Assembly: GCF_023055435.1 (NCBI RefSeq)
Contig: NW_025963957.1
Span: forward strand, 1,984,001-2,048,000
From: Haliotis rufescens
Taxonomy: Eukaryota
Direction of reading: 5' to 3'
DNA length: 64,000 bases
In this document: positions 1 through 12,885 of the stretch, piece by piece
Numbering within the stretch: the stretch's first letter is position 1
Layout of the letters: each line of letters begins with the position of its first letter
Position numbers and translations under genes: made by a program
Notes under the pieces: generated by a model
Database searches by the model: none
What the model was told of the DNA's origin: nothing
What the model saw: only the letters and a program-made list of their open reading frames with translations

Positions 1-1700
1 AACCATAACCCACCCTGAGACAGTATTGCCACCATTGCATTGTCACGGACATCTGTGTCCAGAATGAACTTCTTGCCTAGAATAGGATATGGCAGTATTG
101 GAAATGAAATCAAAACTAAGGGTTTCAAAAACTCTTTTGACACTCATCAGTCCCATTGAACTGTGCTTTGTTATCTATGAAATAGTCTGGCAAATCATCG
201 GCAGATGGCGTAATGGGTGTACTTGAATTAGGTTCTGTTGTCTTAGGCACTACAGCTTCACATATTCCTGAGTTCATTTTTGGGCGTGGAGCCATTGGCA
301 CGACACCCTGGATATATGTCCGTGATGTTAGTTCTGGCTTGCATGGAAGGGTATTATACTTTGCTTTAGACAACAGGGTCACCGTGGAGCTAGAATCTAT
401 CCAAAATTGCATCATGTGTCTAAGATGCCAGTAAAATAGAAACCACTATAATATCTATAGTTATGTTTGCCAACTTGTCCTATTCTTGGGATATATATAT
501 ATATATTGCTTAGCCCCTTGTTCCTCTCTCAAGGTTCGACCCTCCACCTTGACAGATTGACGTTTCCTGTACCCTCGAGTTTCCCTGCCTTTGACTCTGT
601 TGCGGGGCCTGGGCCCCAGAGTCAGGGGCATCATATGCATCTCAGTCATTGTGTGTGTCCTCGACTATTGGGCATACATTGCCTAAAGCTCTGGCACATC
701 TGATTGTAGATGGGTCCGTTCCTGAGCAGATGCCAATTTTCGTTGCAGACAAGGCGTCGTGCAGGCCTACGAGCCTGAGCAGTGATAATTACTTGCTGCA
801 GGTGTAGGTACAGAATGTTGTTCTCTATTGGACCTGGCAGACTCACACTTGTGTTCAACCCTCGATATACTAGAGGCAATGTCCTTGAAATACATCTCAA
901 GGCCTATGCTGGATTAACATAACGCGCGGATTTTTTTCTGCTTCTTATTTCTCCCTTGAGTCATGTTTAATAGCCTCATCGCGTACAATGACATCAACAG
1001 CTTCAGAGACAGAGCGACATTCACGATCCGTGCATCTACATTTCATCTTGAGAGGTATTGCCTTGAAGAGTTGGTTTAGAGCTAGGGCTTCCTGAGCTCT
1101 TGCATTAAGGTTAGAATATCCTCGCTATACCATTTGGCTCAGATCATTGCCCAAAGTAGCAATTGATTCATAAGGTCTTCTTTGTCTCATTTGTAACCGA
1201 AAGAGTCAACAAATTCGCTGCCGTGAACAACCAAATCTATCACCAAGCTTCCTAACTAGGTAATATAGTTCCCCACCTCATCTGGAAACAGACCTGTAGA
1301 GAAGGTACGTGCCGAATCCCCAAAACTACCTGCAAGGGACAAAATCGTTTATTGGTCTTCCCACCTGCCAAGTTTAGATCTTCAATGTGTTGTATGTTTG
1401 CTTTAGTAATGAGTCTTAGCCATGGTTGATTGGGTAGAGGGAGAAGTAAGTAATAATCTAGCCTCAACATTGGGTAACTCGAATGAGTCTGGCATCAGTC
1501 TCTCTACTGAAGGAACAATTATTTGCTCATGACTATGAACATAATTGCACCAGATTTTATTTAACTGTTCCTAGAATCTCTCCTTGAAGATGACTTGGGA
1601 CACATAAGAAGCACCGGAGCGACTCTGTTGTACCGCAGGATGTTGCCTTCCCTGCCTCCCAGGTATCCTATCATCAGATCTAGGACTTGAGTCACGACTG
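1..1700 (-). mobile_element. Degenerate Ty3/Gypsy LTR-retrotransposon internal region (gag zinc knuckle - aspartic protease - [RT deleted] - connection/RNase H)
   Basis: Minus strand: decayed zinc knuckle LVCNENWHLLRNGP (about 710-755), retropepsin-like WIDSSSTVTLLS (about 365-405), then KAQFNGTDECQKSF and, after a frameshift, PILPYPILGKKFILDTDVRDNAMVAILSQ (about 15-110), which matches the Gypsy PIL.YP...F.L.TDAS...GAVLSQ pattern. Many stops. The upper boundary is approximate. Confidence 0.8.
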
Positions 1701-1742
1701 ACCCTAGAGACTTGTTAATTAAGCGATTCCCCTACAACATCT

Positions 1743-1910
1743 CGGTCGGTCGGGTAGCAGAGCGGTTAACGCGTTCGCTCGTCACGTCGAAGACCCGGGT
1801 TCGATCCCCGACATGGGTACAATGTGTGAAGCCCATTTCTGGTGTCCCCGGCCGTGATATTGGTGGAATATTGCTAAAAGCGGCGTAAAACCATACCCAC
1901 CCACTCACTC
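1743..1910 (+). mobile_element. tRNA(Asp)-derived SINE, family 1
   Basis: A-box tagcagagcgg, B-box ggttcgatcc, tRNA-Asp-like cgctcGTCacg arm, body ...gaatattgctaaaagcggcgtaaaacc, (actc)n tail; multiple copies in the window. Confidence 0.85.
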
Positions 1911-2104
1911 CCCTATACATCTATAGTTTCGCATATGACTAACAAAAGGATTCGGGCCACTGGATAGTAATTAAGAAAATTAGTATCCCTCTTCTGACAC
2001 CAAAATGTAACATCTTTCGGGCGTTAGTGTAAACACAAATAACATAAGGAAAAGAGGAAGTTTTGGCAGTCACAGTAGAAATAATCAGGACAACGAGACA
2101 ATTA

Positions 2105-5100
2105 CCATGATATGAATCAATGGTGTGGTGGTAACCCGTGATGTTGATCAACGGTTTGGCTGGTAACCCATGATATGAATCAATGGTTTGGTGGTAACCC
2201 ATGATATTAACCCGTGATATTAATCACTGGTTTGCCTGGTAACCTTTGATATGAATAAATGGTTTGATGGCAACCCGTGATATTAATCACTGGTTTGCCT
2301 GGTAACCCATGATATGAATCGCTGGTTTGGTGGTAACCCATAATATGAATCAATGGTTTGGGTGGTAACCCGTGATGTTGATCAATGATTTGGCTGGTAA
2401 CCCATGATGTTAACCCGTGATATTAATCACTGGTTTGCCTGGTAACCCATGATATGAATCAATGGTTTGGGTGGTAACCCGTGATGTTGATCAATGATTT
2501 GCCTGGTAACCCATGATATGAATCAATGGTTTGGTGGTAACCCATGATGTTAACCCGTGATATTAATCACTGGTTTGCCTGGTAACCTTTGATATGAATA
2601 AATGGTTTGATGGTAACCCGTGATGTTGATCAATGGTTTGGTGGTAACCCATGATGTTAACCCGTGATATTAATCACTGGTTTGCCTTGTAACCCATGAT
2701 ATGAATCAATGGTTTGGTGGTAACCCGTGATGTTGATCAATGGTTTGGCTGGTAACCCATGATATGAATCAATGGTTTGGTGGTAACACATGCTATGAAT
2801 CACTGGTTTGGTGGAAACCCGTAATGTTGATCAATGGTTTGATGGTAACCTGTGATGTTGATCAATGGTTTGGTGGTAACCCGTGATATTAATCAATGGT
2901 TTGGTGGTAACCCATGATATGAATCAATGGTTTGGGTGGTAACCCGTGATGTTTTTTTTGACATTTTTTATTCCTTTCGAAGAGTTGTACATCAGGTTCA
3001 GAGGTTACACAGTAGGTTTAGTCAATTGTAGTGAAAATACGTTACATAGATGTACATTTCTTGTGATATAAATATAGCATGCATAATTGAAACACACCCA
3101 CGCACACGCACACGCACACGCACACGCACACACACATGATATGCCTCAAGAAGAGCATGAAAAGTTGTATCGATAGTCTGATAGAACTAAAACAATTATG
3201 GTAGTATTGCTATTTGAGGCATAGCTGATCTATAGCCTTATTGTACAGGGCATGATTATTATATTAATTTGTGTAGGATTTTTCCCCATTTTCGTTCAAA
3301 TTGTAATAGACCATTGTTTTTGGTGGCAATGAATTTTTCAATCATCGCTGTCTCTTTTAGTATTTTCTTAAAATTATCAAAAATTGGTTTCTCACCCTTA
3401 ATACTTGATATATATATATATATATATCTTTTACTGGATATTATAATATGATTAAGTAAAAGTTTATTTTTGTCGAATCCAAAAATAACTGAGTATTTGG
3501 TAAGTGAGATCCTAGTATTTGTGTCAAGGTTTAAAAAGGTTTCCAGTTTGCTCCAAAAGTGTTTAACACATTCACATTCCCAATATACATGTATAAGGTT
3601 TTCGCCATTTAAGTCACAAAAGGAGCAAATATCATTATCAACTAGTTTCATTCTTAATAATTCCTTTTTGGTGTAAATTATTCTGTGGATAAACTTAAAC
3701 TGAAAGTCAATCAATTTAGTATCTTTGTTACATTTTCTGAAATTTGAATAAACTTCTTTCCATTGAATATCATTATCAAAAAGAGATTGCCATTTTCCAT
3801 TTACTAAGGGTGGTTTTGTTATTGTAATTAGTCTATCATAAAAGTACCTAGATCCTTGAACGGGTATAAATATATCCCTCAATTGTGGACTAAGATTTAA
3901 GTCATATATTGGTATTTTGATATAATGATTGACAGTGTCTCTCCATTCTTTAGGTATACTAAGTTTAACCTTATTATAATCTAATATTGTACCCTGTATA
4001 TCATAACGTACTTTTAATATTTCAAATGGCAAAAATCCATTCTCATTACATAAGTCCTTAATTGTCACTATACCCTTTTTAAACCAATTTTTAATTATGT
4101 AGTTTTCATGTTTAAATTGGTGATTTAGCCATAGGGGCTGTGATAGAATTTCGGAGATCCTTTCTGAATTTGTTGTAAATTTTCTGCCGTAATTTCCCCA
4201 AACATTTAAAACATCTCTCCAAAAAGGGTTTTTCACACATAAATATTTATCAGCATTGACTCCTAAATTTATCATATCAGTGAAAGAAAAAACTGAGGGA
4301 TTATCACATGTACTCTTTTTTAAATACTTTCTTAAAGTAGATAATTTTAGTGATTCTATAAATATTTTAATGTCCACCATTCTAAGCCGACCATCAGCAT
4401 AATTTTTTTTCAGATTTTGCCTTTTAATTTTATCTGGTTTATTATTCCATAAAAAACTAAACAAAATTTTATTTAAATTTGTAATAAAATCTTCTGGGGG
4501 GTTTGGCAGTGCCATAAAAATATGGACAAGAGTTGAGAGAGCCAATGACTTGATAACAGTAATTTTACCTATAAGAGTCAAGTTTCTTCTTCTCCAGTTT
4601 GCCAATAACCTATTTAATGTTTCAAGTCTTTTTCGGGTATTGATAACCCATAGATCTTGCAAATGGGGGTTGAGAATAATTCCCAACACTTCAAATTGCC
4701 TACATGCCAGTCTAACTTTAAGTCTTCACAAATATTTGTTGAGCTCCCTGCTTTCGACCCGACCCATATGGCTTTTGTTTTATCAATATTTATTTTAAGT
4801 CCAGACATTTTAAAGAAACAATCAAGTATATTTATTGCTGCATACAGGCAGTCAGCCTCTCCGTTTAAGAATAATTGTGTGTCGTCTGCATACTGACCTA
4901 ATTTGTACTCTTTCTCATTCAATACAATTCCTATAATGTTTTTATTGTCTCTTATCATACAGCCTAAGATTTCCACAGCAAAAAGAAAAAGATATGGTGA
5001 TATTGGGTCTCCTTGTCTGCAACCTCTTTCATTAATAAAGAAAGAAGACATATGACCGTTTTGTATTACACAAGAGGATGCATTATTAGTTAGTAGGTGT

Positions 5101-5945
5101 ATCCATTTGTGATGTTGATCACTGATATGGCTGGTAACCCATGATATGAATCACTGGTTTGGTGGTAACCCATGATATGAATCAATGGTTTTGTGGTAAC
5201 CCGTGATATTAATCAATGGTTTGCCTTGTAACCCATGATATGAATCACTGGTTTGGTGGTAACCCGTGATATTAATCAATGGTTTGCCTTGTAACCCATG
5301 ATATGAATCAATGGTTTGGTGGTAACCCGTGATGTTGATCACTGGTTTGGCTGGTAACCCATGATATGAATCAATGATTTGGTGGTAACCCATGATATGA
5401 ATCACTGGTTTGGTGGTAACCCATGAAATGAATCAATGGTTTGGTGGTAACCCGTGACGTTGATCACTGGTATGGCTGGTAACCAATGATATGAATCACT
5501 GGTTTGGTGGTTACCAATGATATGAATCAATGGTTTGGTGGTAACCAATGATATGAATCACTGGTTTGGTGGTAACCTATGATATGAATCAATGGTTTGG
5601 TTGTAACCCGTGATATTAATCAATGGTTTGCCTTGTAACCCATGATATGAATCAATGGTTTGATGGTAACCCGTGATGTTGATCACTGGTTTGGTGGTAA
5701 CCACTGATATGAATCAATGGTTTGGTGGTAACCCGTGATATTAATCACTGGTTTGCCTGGTAACCCATGATATGAATCAATGGTTTGGTGGTAACCCGTG
5801 ATATTAATCAATGGTTTGGGTGGTAACCCATGATATGATTCCATGGTTTGGCTGGTAACCCGTGATATGAATCACTGGTTTGCCTGGTAATCCATGATAT
5901 GAATCAATGATTTGGTGGTAACCCGTGATATGAATCACTGGTTTG
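2105..5945. repeat. About 31-33 bp minisatellite (tggtaacccatgatatgaatcaatggtttgg and variants), split by a LINE insertion
   Basis: Tandem units visible at 2105-2953 and 5109-5945. Confidence 0.95.
2954..5108 (-). mobile_element. 5'-truncated L1/Tx1-clade non-LTR retrotransposon (ORF2 RT C-terminal part, frameshifted)
   Basis: GCRQGDPISPYLF and QYADDT (ORF 4614..5051), frameshift near 4690, LTLIGKITVIKSLALS and C-terminal CSFC...HVYWEC (ORF 3259..4689). AATAAA plus a short oligo(A) at the 3' end. 8-bp TSD gtgatgtt at 2946-2953 and 5109-5116. Confidence 0.92.
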
Positions 5946-6139
5946 TGCGGCCCAGAATAGTTCATGTACGGATTGCCGCGATATATGCTGCATGGTAAAA
6001 GAAAGCATGCAGTTGAAAATCGGATTTGACCCCCAAATTACAAACGCTACTTTCTGAAAACAGCCAACGAAACACTTTAAACTTAAGGTTCCTAAAACAC
6101 TACTGTGACACCTGTATGAAATGCATCACCATCGAATTA

Positions 6140-6241
6140 CACCAGAAATGGGCTTCACACAATGTACCCATGTCGGGAATCGAACCCGGGTCTTCGGCGT
6201 GACGTGCGAACGCTTTTTAACCACTAGGCTACCCGACCGCC
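6140..6241 (-). mobile_element. SINE family 1, 5' part
   Basis: Reverse complement of the tRNA-Asp-like head (gggaatcgaacccgggtcttcggcgtgac). Confidence 0.8.
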
Positions 6242-6509
6242 CAACAAGAAGGATGACTTCACATACAAAGGCAAGTAAATTGTACACCTGGAAAATAACC
6301 AGAACACGGAATCAATCAATTGATGACTTACTTATCTTCTTCTTTGATCAACCATACATATATTTTTATAGTATAGACATGACTTACTCATCTTCTACTT
6401 TGATCACCTAAGCTGTTTTTTTCTGTGTTAGCAAGACCTGCTCATCTCATCTTATTCTTTTTCGGAATGTTGTCTATAAACCTCTGCAAGTTTCACACTC
6501 AGCGTCAAA

Positions 6510-7314
6510 ATGGCAAATCTTCAGACAGCTGAGTTTGGTACTACACAGAGAGGCGGTCAGCAAGTGCTTCATGCTGGATACCGATACAGACAGAATGTCA
6601 AGCGTCAACTTACAGTTCACTAGAAGTGTGTCATTCCTGGCTGCAATGGAAGATGTAGCACTATCGGCGACCACATCGCATCCATTACTCCGCACACTCA
6701 TCCTCCTGTTGAGAATGCAGATCACATCAGAATGATAGCCAGAATGAAGGAACTTGTCAAGACTGACATCACTCCTGTGCAGCAGATCTACAATGCTGAA
6801 CTCGACCAAGCTGACGAAGACACAGCAGCCACCATGCCTTCCTTTGCCAGTGTACAAGCCGCCTTGTACAGACATAGAGCCATGTCGGTTCCGCCAGTTC
6901 CTGAATCCAGAGCCAACGTCAAAATGGAAGATCCATGGACCAAGACAGAAGATGGCTGAGTACCAAAGTACCTAAGTAGAAGATGACGCCAGATTTCCCT
7001 GTAATATCTGGAACCAGCACGAGAACACTGGACCTCGCTCCAACAACCACCTGGAGGGGTTTCACATTGGACTAAAGAGAATGCCCCTGTCACATCCCAA
7101 CATCTACCAGTTCATAAAAGATATCAAGAAGATTAAGACAGCAGATAAACGTTATAGACGGCAGACAGGTCTTGGTGGTGCTGTTAAACGACGTGCACGT
7201 ATTGACAGAGACAGTGATGCCCGACTTGAGAGACTGAAGCTACACCTCGCAACTGGACGAACAACTGTGATGCAGTTTCTAGATGCAGTTGGACACTTGG
7301 TGAAATTACAGTAA
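6510..7314 (+). mobile_element. Internally deleted FLYWCH-containing MULE-like transposase pseudogene
   Basis: ATG 6510: TTQRGGQQVLHAGYRY...VH*KCVIPGCNGRC...HTHPP (FLYWCH with Trp changed to TAG), then MPSFASVQAALYRHR...PPVPESR...WTKTEDG, then directly the C-terminal SNNHLEGFH...SHPNIYQFI motif. The DDE core is missing. Confidence 0.75.
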
Positions 7315-8199
7315 TTGTTATGTGACTGATGAATTAGTGTATCACACATGTACTTGATTAACTTATGTGACTGATGATGATGATGATGATGATGACGATA
7401 TTGATGTATGTTGAATATATGACCTTATTAAAGTATAAATCATCAGTGCAAGAGTTTATTTTCTTCAGTTGTTGAAAAATATGAAGTATACCTCATTACT
7501 GGAAGAGTTCACTTTTCTAAAAGTATAACAGCATTTAGGTGATGTGCAGTCAATACTAAATTGTTTTGATAAGGGGGTAGGCGAAATGGGGTGTAGGCGA
7601 TAAGAGGTCAGGCCGGAATTTCCTCAAGTTGAAATTCTATTCAAAGTGGCGAACTTTATTTTGAACTTTATTGTCTGTATCAAACAAGACATATAAGTTT
7701 GAACCACCAAATGGACAAAATACCCTAATTCCTATCAATATTTCGTCTTCACCTAGACATATGGAATAGAATGTGGATCAAATTTCCCCTAAACGCCACA
7801 GAATACTCAAACAAATTTAACAATGTTTCAGTCAAAGTTTTATTATATAAGGTCATTATACATTACATAAGATGAAATGTAACTGGGAATTGTAGAGCGC
7901 AAAACTATAAGTTAGTAACTCATATGTATATATGACTATATCTATTGCTCTTAAATTAGCACTAAAACAAAAGTGCTAATTGTACGAATCCTTTTAACAT
8001 TTAAAAAAATTCAGTTGCAGGTATGAACATAATTCGGCACATGTAACTCCTGGGTGTATGCTATCTACAGGCTTATGGCACGGCATTGGCATCAAATAAA
8101 GAAGGCAATCTCAATCTGTGCCGCGGCATTAACTCATTCATAATTTAACATCATTTGTTAACAAAATCATATGTCCCAATGCCATCAACGTCGTCTTTG

Positions 8200-8425
8200 A
8201 GCACTTTTTCAGTTATATCACGAGGTGATAACGTGGGTAGGGAGAAAAGCACAAAGTGATGCGGGTCTTAGATGTTTACCGCTTCGGTGAAAGCCACGAG
8301 CACGGGTATGGTGCTGACATACTTCATCTGGGTGAATCTCGAATTCAAACCCGCGATAGTAGGATTCTGGCATGCCTCAGGGACGCAACAACGACTTGCG
8401 GTGCCCTAGACGACTTGACCATCAG
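8200..8425 (-). mobile_element. tRNA(Leu)-like SINE, family 2 (diverged)
   Basis: Homologous to 12610-12885 and 35205-35468 (cacgagcacgggtatggtgctgaca core). Confidence 0.7.
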
Positions 8426-9184
8426 TACCCCCTCAACTGTTTCATTGGAAGACCCCTATTCAAATCCAAGAATATTGTCATACCGACCGACTTGGGAGAG
8501 CCTTTGTCTGAATGAACAAAAGCTAAATACGCTGTAGCCACGTCATGTGTATGTCTAGAATTGCCATTGTATTGTACATCGACTGACTGACATCCTAAAA
8601 GAGCTGTGCAACTATGTCACCGATCAATTACTGTTGGTTATATTTATGACTTTATCCATGCCAGGTACACTTAGCTGTATAAGTCTTGGTCCAGAGATGA
8701 GAATGAGAAGAGAAAGGCTTTACCCTCAGCTCCTAGGTGCTCCGGGGCACCAACACCATCACTACTGTCACTATTTGCTGACTTGGCACATAGTGCTTCT
8801 TGTTTCAATATAGAGAGCTATATCACCACTAATTCAAAGCAATTATAAGGTCATAAGGGTTTAAAGGTATGTAGGTTTTACAGGTGTTTGAAGCACAAAA
8901 ATGAATAACACATGGACAAATCAATATCCCAAGAGCAGCAACAACTGTTAATAAGTCAACATTCAGAACACATTAGTAAATTACGCCAAAGAATGATAAC
9001 ACATTTATATTGTTATCACATGATAACACATGATATCAAGGACATACCTATTCGTTTACAGTTTCAGAGTATCTTTATATAGTCCCTAAATTGTAATATT
9101 TGGAAGCCATCCAAGCGTAAAAGTTCAGTCACACGCCTACGTAGCTGAAAACAGTGTTTTATTGACCCTTGAATACCACGAGGC

Positions 9185-11760
9185 ATGTGTGCGTGCGTGC
9201 GTATGTGTGTGTATGTGTGTACATCTATGTGTGTACATATGTGTGTACATCTGTGTGTGTATGTGTACATCTGTGTGTATGTGTGTACCTTTATGTGTGT
9301 GTACATATGTGTGTGTATGTACATGTGTATGTATGTATGTGTACATCTGGTTATGTATGTGTTCATCTGTGTGTGTACATCTGTGCGTGTATGTATGTAC
9401 ATCTGTGCGTGTATGTGTGTACATCTGTGCGTGTATGTGTGTACATCTGTGCGTGTATGTGTGTACATCTGTGTGTATAGGTGTGTACATCTGTGCGTGG
9501 ATGTGTGTACAACTGTGTGTGTATGTGTGTAGATCTGTGTGTGTATGTGTGTACATCTGTGTGTGTGTGTGTGTGTGTACATTTGTGCGTGGATGTGTTT
9601 ACATCTGTGTGTGTATGTATGTACATCTGTGCATGTATGTGTGTACATCTGTGCGTGTATGTGTGTAGATCTGTGTGTGTATGTGTTTACATCTGTGTGT
9701 GTATGTGTGTACATCTGTGCATGTATGTGTGTACATCTGTGTGTGTAGGTGTGTAGATCTGTGTGTGTATGTATGTACATCTGTGTGTGTATGTGTGTAC
9801 ATCTGTGCGTGTATGTGTGTAGATCTGTGTGTGTATGTGTGTACATCTGTGTGTGTATGTATGTGTACATCTGTGCGTGTATGTGTTTACATCTGTGCGT
9901 GGATGTGTGTAGATCTGTGCGTGTATGTGTGTACATCTGTGCGTGTATGTGTGTAGATCTGTGTGTGTATGTTTGTACATCTGTGTGTGTATGTATGTAC
10001 ATCTGTGAGTGTATGTGTGTACATCTGTGAGTGTATGCGTGTACATCTGTGTGTGTATGTGTGTACATCTGTGTGTGTATGTATGTACATCTGTGCGTGT
10101 ATGTGTGTACATCTGTGCGTGTATGTGTGTAGATCTCTATGTGTATGTGTGTACTTCTGTGTGTGTATGTATATGTACATCTGTGCGTGTATGTGTGTAC
10201 ATCTGTGCGTGGATGTGTGTAGATCTGTGCGTGTATGTGTGTACATCTGTGCGTGTATGTGTTCACATCTGTGTGTGTATGTGTGTACATCTGTGTGTGT
10301 ATGTATGTACATCTGTGCGTGTATGTGTGTACATCTGTGAGTGTATGGGTGTACATCTGTGTGTGTATGTGTGTACGTCTATGTGTGTGTATGTATGTAC
10401 ATCTGTGCGTGTATGTGTGTACATATGTGCGTGTATGTGTGTAGATCTGTGCGTGTATGTGTGTACATCTGTGTGTGTGTATGTGTACATCTGTGTGTAT
10501 GTGTGTACATCTGTGTGTGTATGTGTACATCTGTGTGTGTGTGTGTATGTGTACATATGTGTGTATGTATACCTCCCGAGTATGTGTGTACATCTGTGCG
10601 TGTATGTGTGTAGATCTGTGTGTGTATGTGTTTACATCTGTGTGTGTATGTGTGTACATCTGTGCATGTATGTGTGTACATCTGTGTGTGTAGGTGTGTA
10701 GATCTGTGGGTGTATGTATGTACATCTGTGTGTGTATGTGTGTACATCTGTGCGTGTATGTGTGTAGATCTGTGTGTGTATGTGTGTACATCTGTGTGTG
10801 TATGTATGTGTACATCTGTGCGTGTATGTGTTTACATCTGTGCGTGGATGTGTGTAGATCTGTGCGTGTATGTGTGTACATCTGTGCGTGTATGTGTGTA
10901 GATCTGTGTGTGTATGTGTGTACATCTGTGTGTGTATGTATGTACATCTGTGAGTGTATGTGTGTACATCTGTGAGTGTATGTGTGTACATCTGTGTGTG
11001 TATGTGTGTACATCTGTGTGTGTATGTATGTACATCTGTGCGTGTATGTGTGTACATCTGTGCGTGTATGTGTGTAGATCTGTATGTGTATGTGTGTACT
11101 TCTGTGTGTGTATGTATATGTACATCTGTGCGTGTATGTGTGTACATCTGTGCGTGGATGTGTGTAGATCTGTGCGTGTATGTGTGTACATCTGTGCGTG
11201 TATGTGTTCACATCTGTGTGTGTATGTGTGTACATCTGTGTGTGTATGTATGTACATCTGTGCGTGTATGTGTGTACATCTGTGAGTGTATGGGTGTACA
11301 TCTGTGTGTGTATGTGTGTACGTCTATGTGTGTGTATGTATGTACATCTGTGCGTGTATGTGTGTACATATGTGCGTGTATGTGTGTAGATCTGTGCGTG
11401 TATGTGTGTACATCTGTGTGTGTGTATGTGTACATCTGTGTGTATGTGTGTACATCTGTGTGTGTATGTGTACATCTGTGTGTGTGTGTGTATGTGTACA
11501 TATGTGTGTATGTATACCTCCCGAGTATGTGTGTACATCTGTGTGTGTGTATGTGCACATCTGTGCGTGGATGTGTGTACATCTCTGTGTGTATGTATGT
11601 ATGTATACATCTATGTGTGTGTACATCTGTGTATGTGTATATCTCTGTGTATGTACATCAGTGTGTGTGTGCGTGTACACGTGTGGTGTGTGTGTGTGTG
11701 TGTGTGTGTACATCTCTCTGTCTCTGTGTGTGGAGCTTGTGTGTAGCTGTGTTTGTATAG
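9185..11760. repeat. 22-bp (GT)n-derived satellite (gtgtatgtgtgtacatctgtgc) with a 945-bp higher-order duplication
   Basis: The unit is directly visible. The rare marker acctcccgag occurs at about 10571 and 11516, and identical ORFs recur at a 945-nt offset (9675/10620, 9749/10694, 10009/10954). Confidence 0.95.
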
Positions 11761-12609
11761 CTACGCATTTCTATGCCTCGCCGTATAATTAGGTTAGTTG
11801 CAACAGTGATGATATACACTAATCGTTGGGATGGACACAGTGAAAACGGAGCTATGAAAGAAAGGTTGTGATTGGCACACTGTTGAATAAGATCAACACA
11901 GAAAAAGAATATAAATCGACAAGGAGTAAGTTTGTAACTTGAACGCTTACCCCGAAGCGGTCATAAAAGGTGAACGAACAGAATATCTTCGATTTCCTGA
12001 TAGCTTGAATTAAAACAAGAAAACAACCCGGATATTTAATAATTAGAAGCTATAGCAGAGTTGAACAATCAATATATTGTATTACATGTTATTCCGCACA
12101 TCACATTGAATTGAAACAACAGACGTTCTAGACTATTTCCGTATATACCAATTATGTTTAGCACTTTAGAGAATATGATCCTCACAATCTAGCCACTTTC
12201 CAGCTTCCTATTTCACACGTATCTTTTGTGTACTCATTTTGACTGAATGTAATCAACGGGGATATATTAAAAATTTCCATGTGCTCCACATTAGATTACA
12301 GACAGACATAAAACATACATATTTACAAAGATAAAACTGTTTCTAAAATAAGTTAAAATAAGCTGATAAAAAATGTATCTGGTAATGGAAGACAATATTT
12401 ATCTTTAAATAAATAAGCGATATTTACTGCCTGTAAACATTATGGTTTTCAGAATAAGATCAAAGTAAAAATACATAATAAACAGAACATTTGGCTTTTC
12501 TTGTAAAAATATGTTATCTCTCCTGGTGACCTGAAAATGTTGATATTTTCACTCTTGGATGCGACATTTATGAAAATATCAATTTCAAAGTCACTCGGGG
12601 ATATAGTGG

Positions 12610-12885
12610 GTGACTGAGTTGGGTTTAACGCCGCTTTTAACATTATTCCAGTTATATCATGGCGTGTCAGCTTAATGTGGGAGTAAAGCCCGAAGTGATG
12701 TAGGTCTCAGACGTTTACTACTTCGATGAAACCCACGAGCACGGGTATGGTGCTGACAAACCTGGAAACATAATCGAGGCGAACCGGGATTCGAATCCAC
12801 AATCATAGGTTTCTGGCGTGCCCAAGGGACGCAACTCTGCACAGCGAATCGCTGCGCCTTAGACGACTGGACCTCCCGTGCCCCT
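12610..12885 (-). mobile_element. tRNA(Leu)-like SINE, family 2
   Basis: Minus strand: agtcgtctaaggcgc...gtggattcgaatccc head and ...ggaataatgttaaaagcggcgttaaacccaactcagtcac tail. Confidence 0.8.

Noticed and set aside
1743-1830. Apparent tRNA genes (also 32569, 34026, 35205, 43843)
   Set aside because: No proper acceptor stem; each continues into a SINE body and simple-repeat tail.
2105-5945. CRISPR-like periodicity (about 32 bp); also 41087-41380 and 58410-59922
   Set aside because: Head-to-tail units without unique spacers, no cas genes, eukaryotic context.
9064-11792. 848-aa His/Thr-rich ORF and many Cys/Val-rich ORFs
   Set aside because: Translations of a stop-poor satellite that is open in several frames on both strands.
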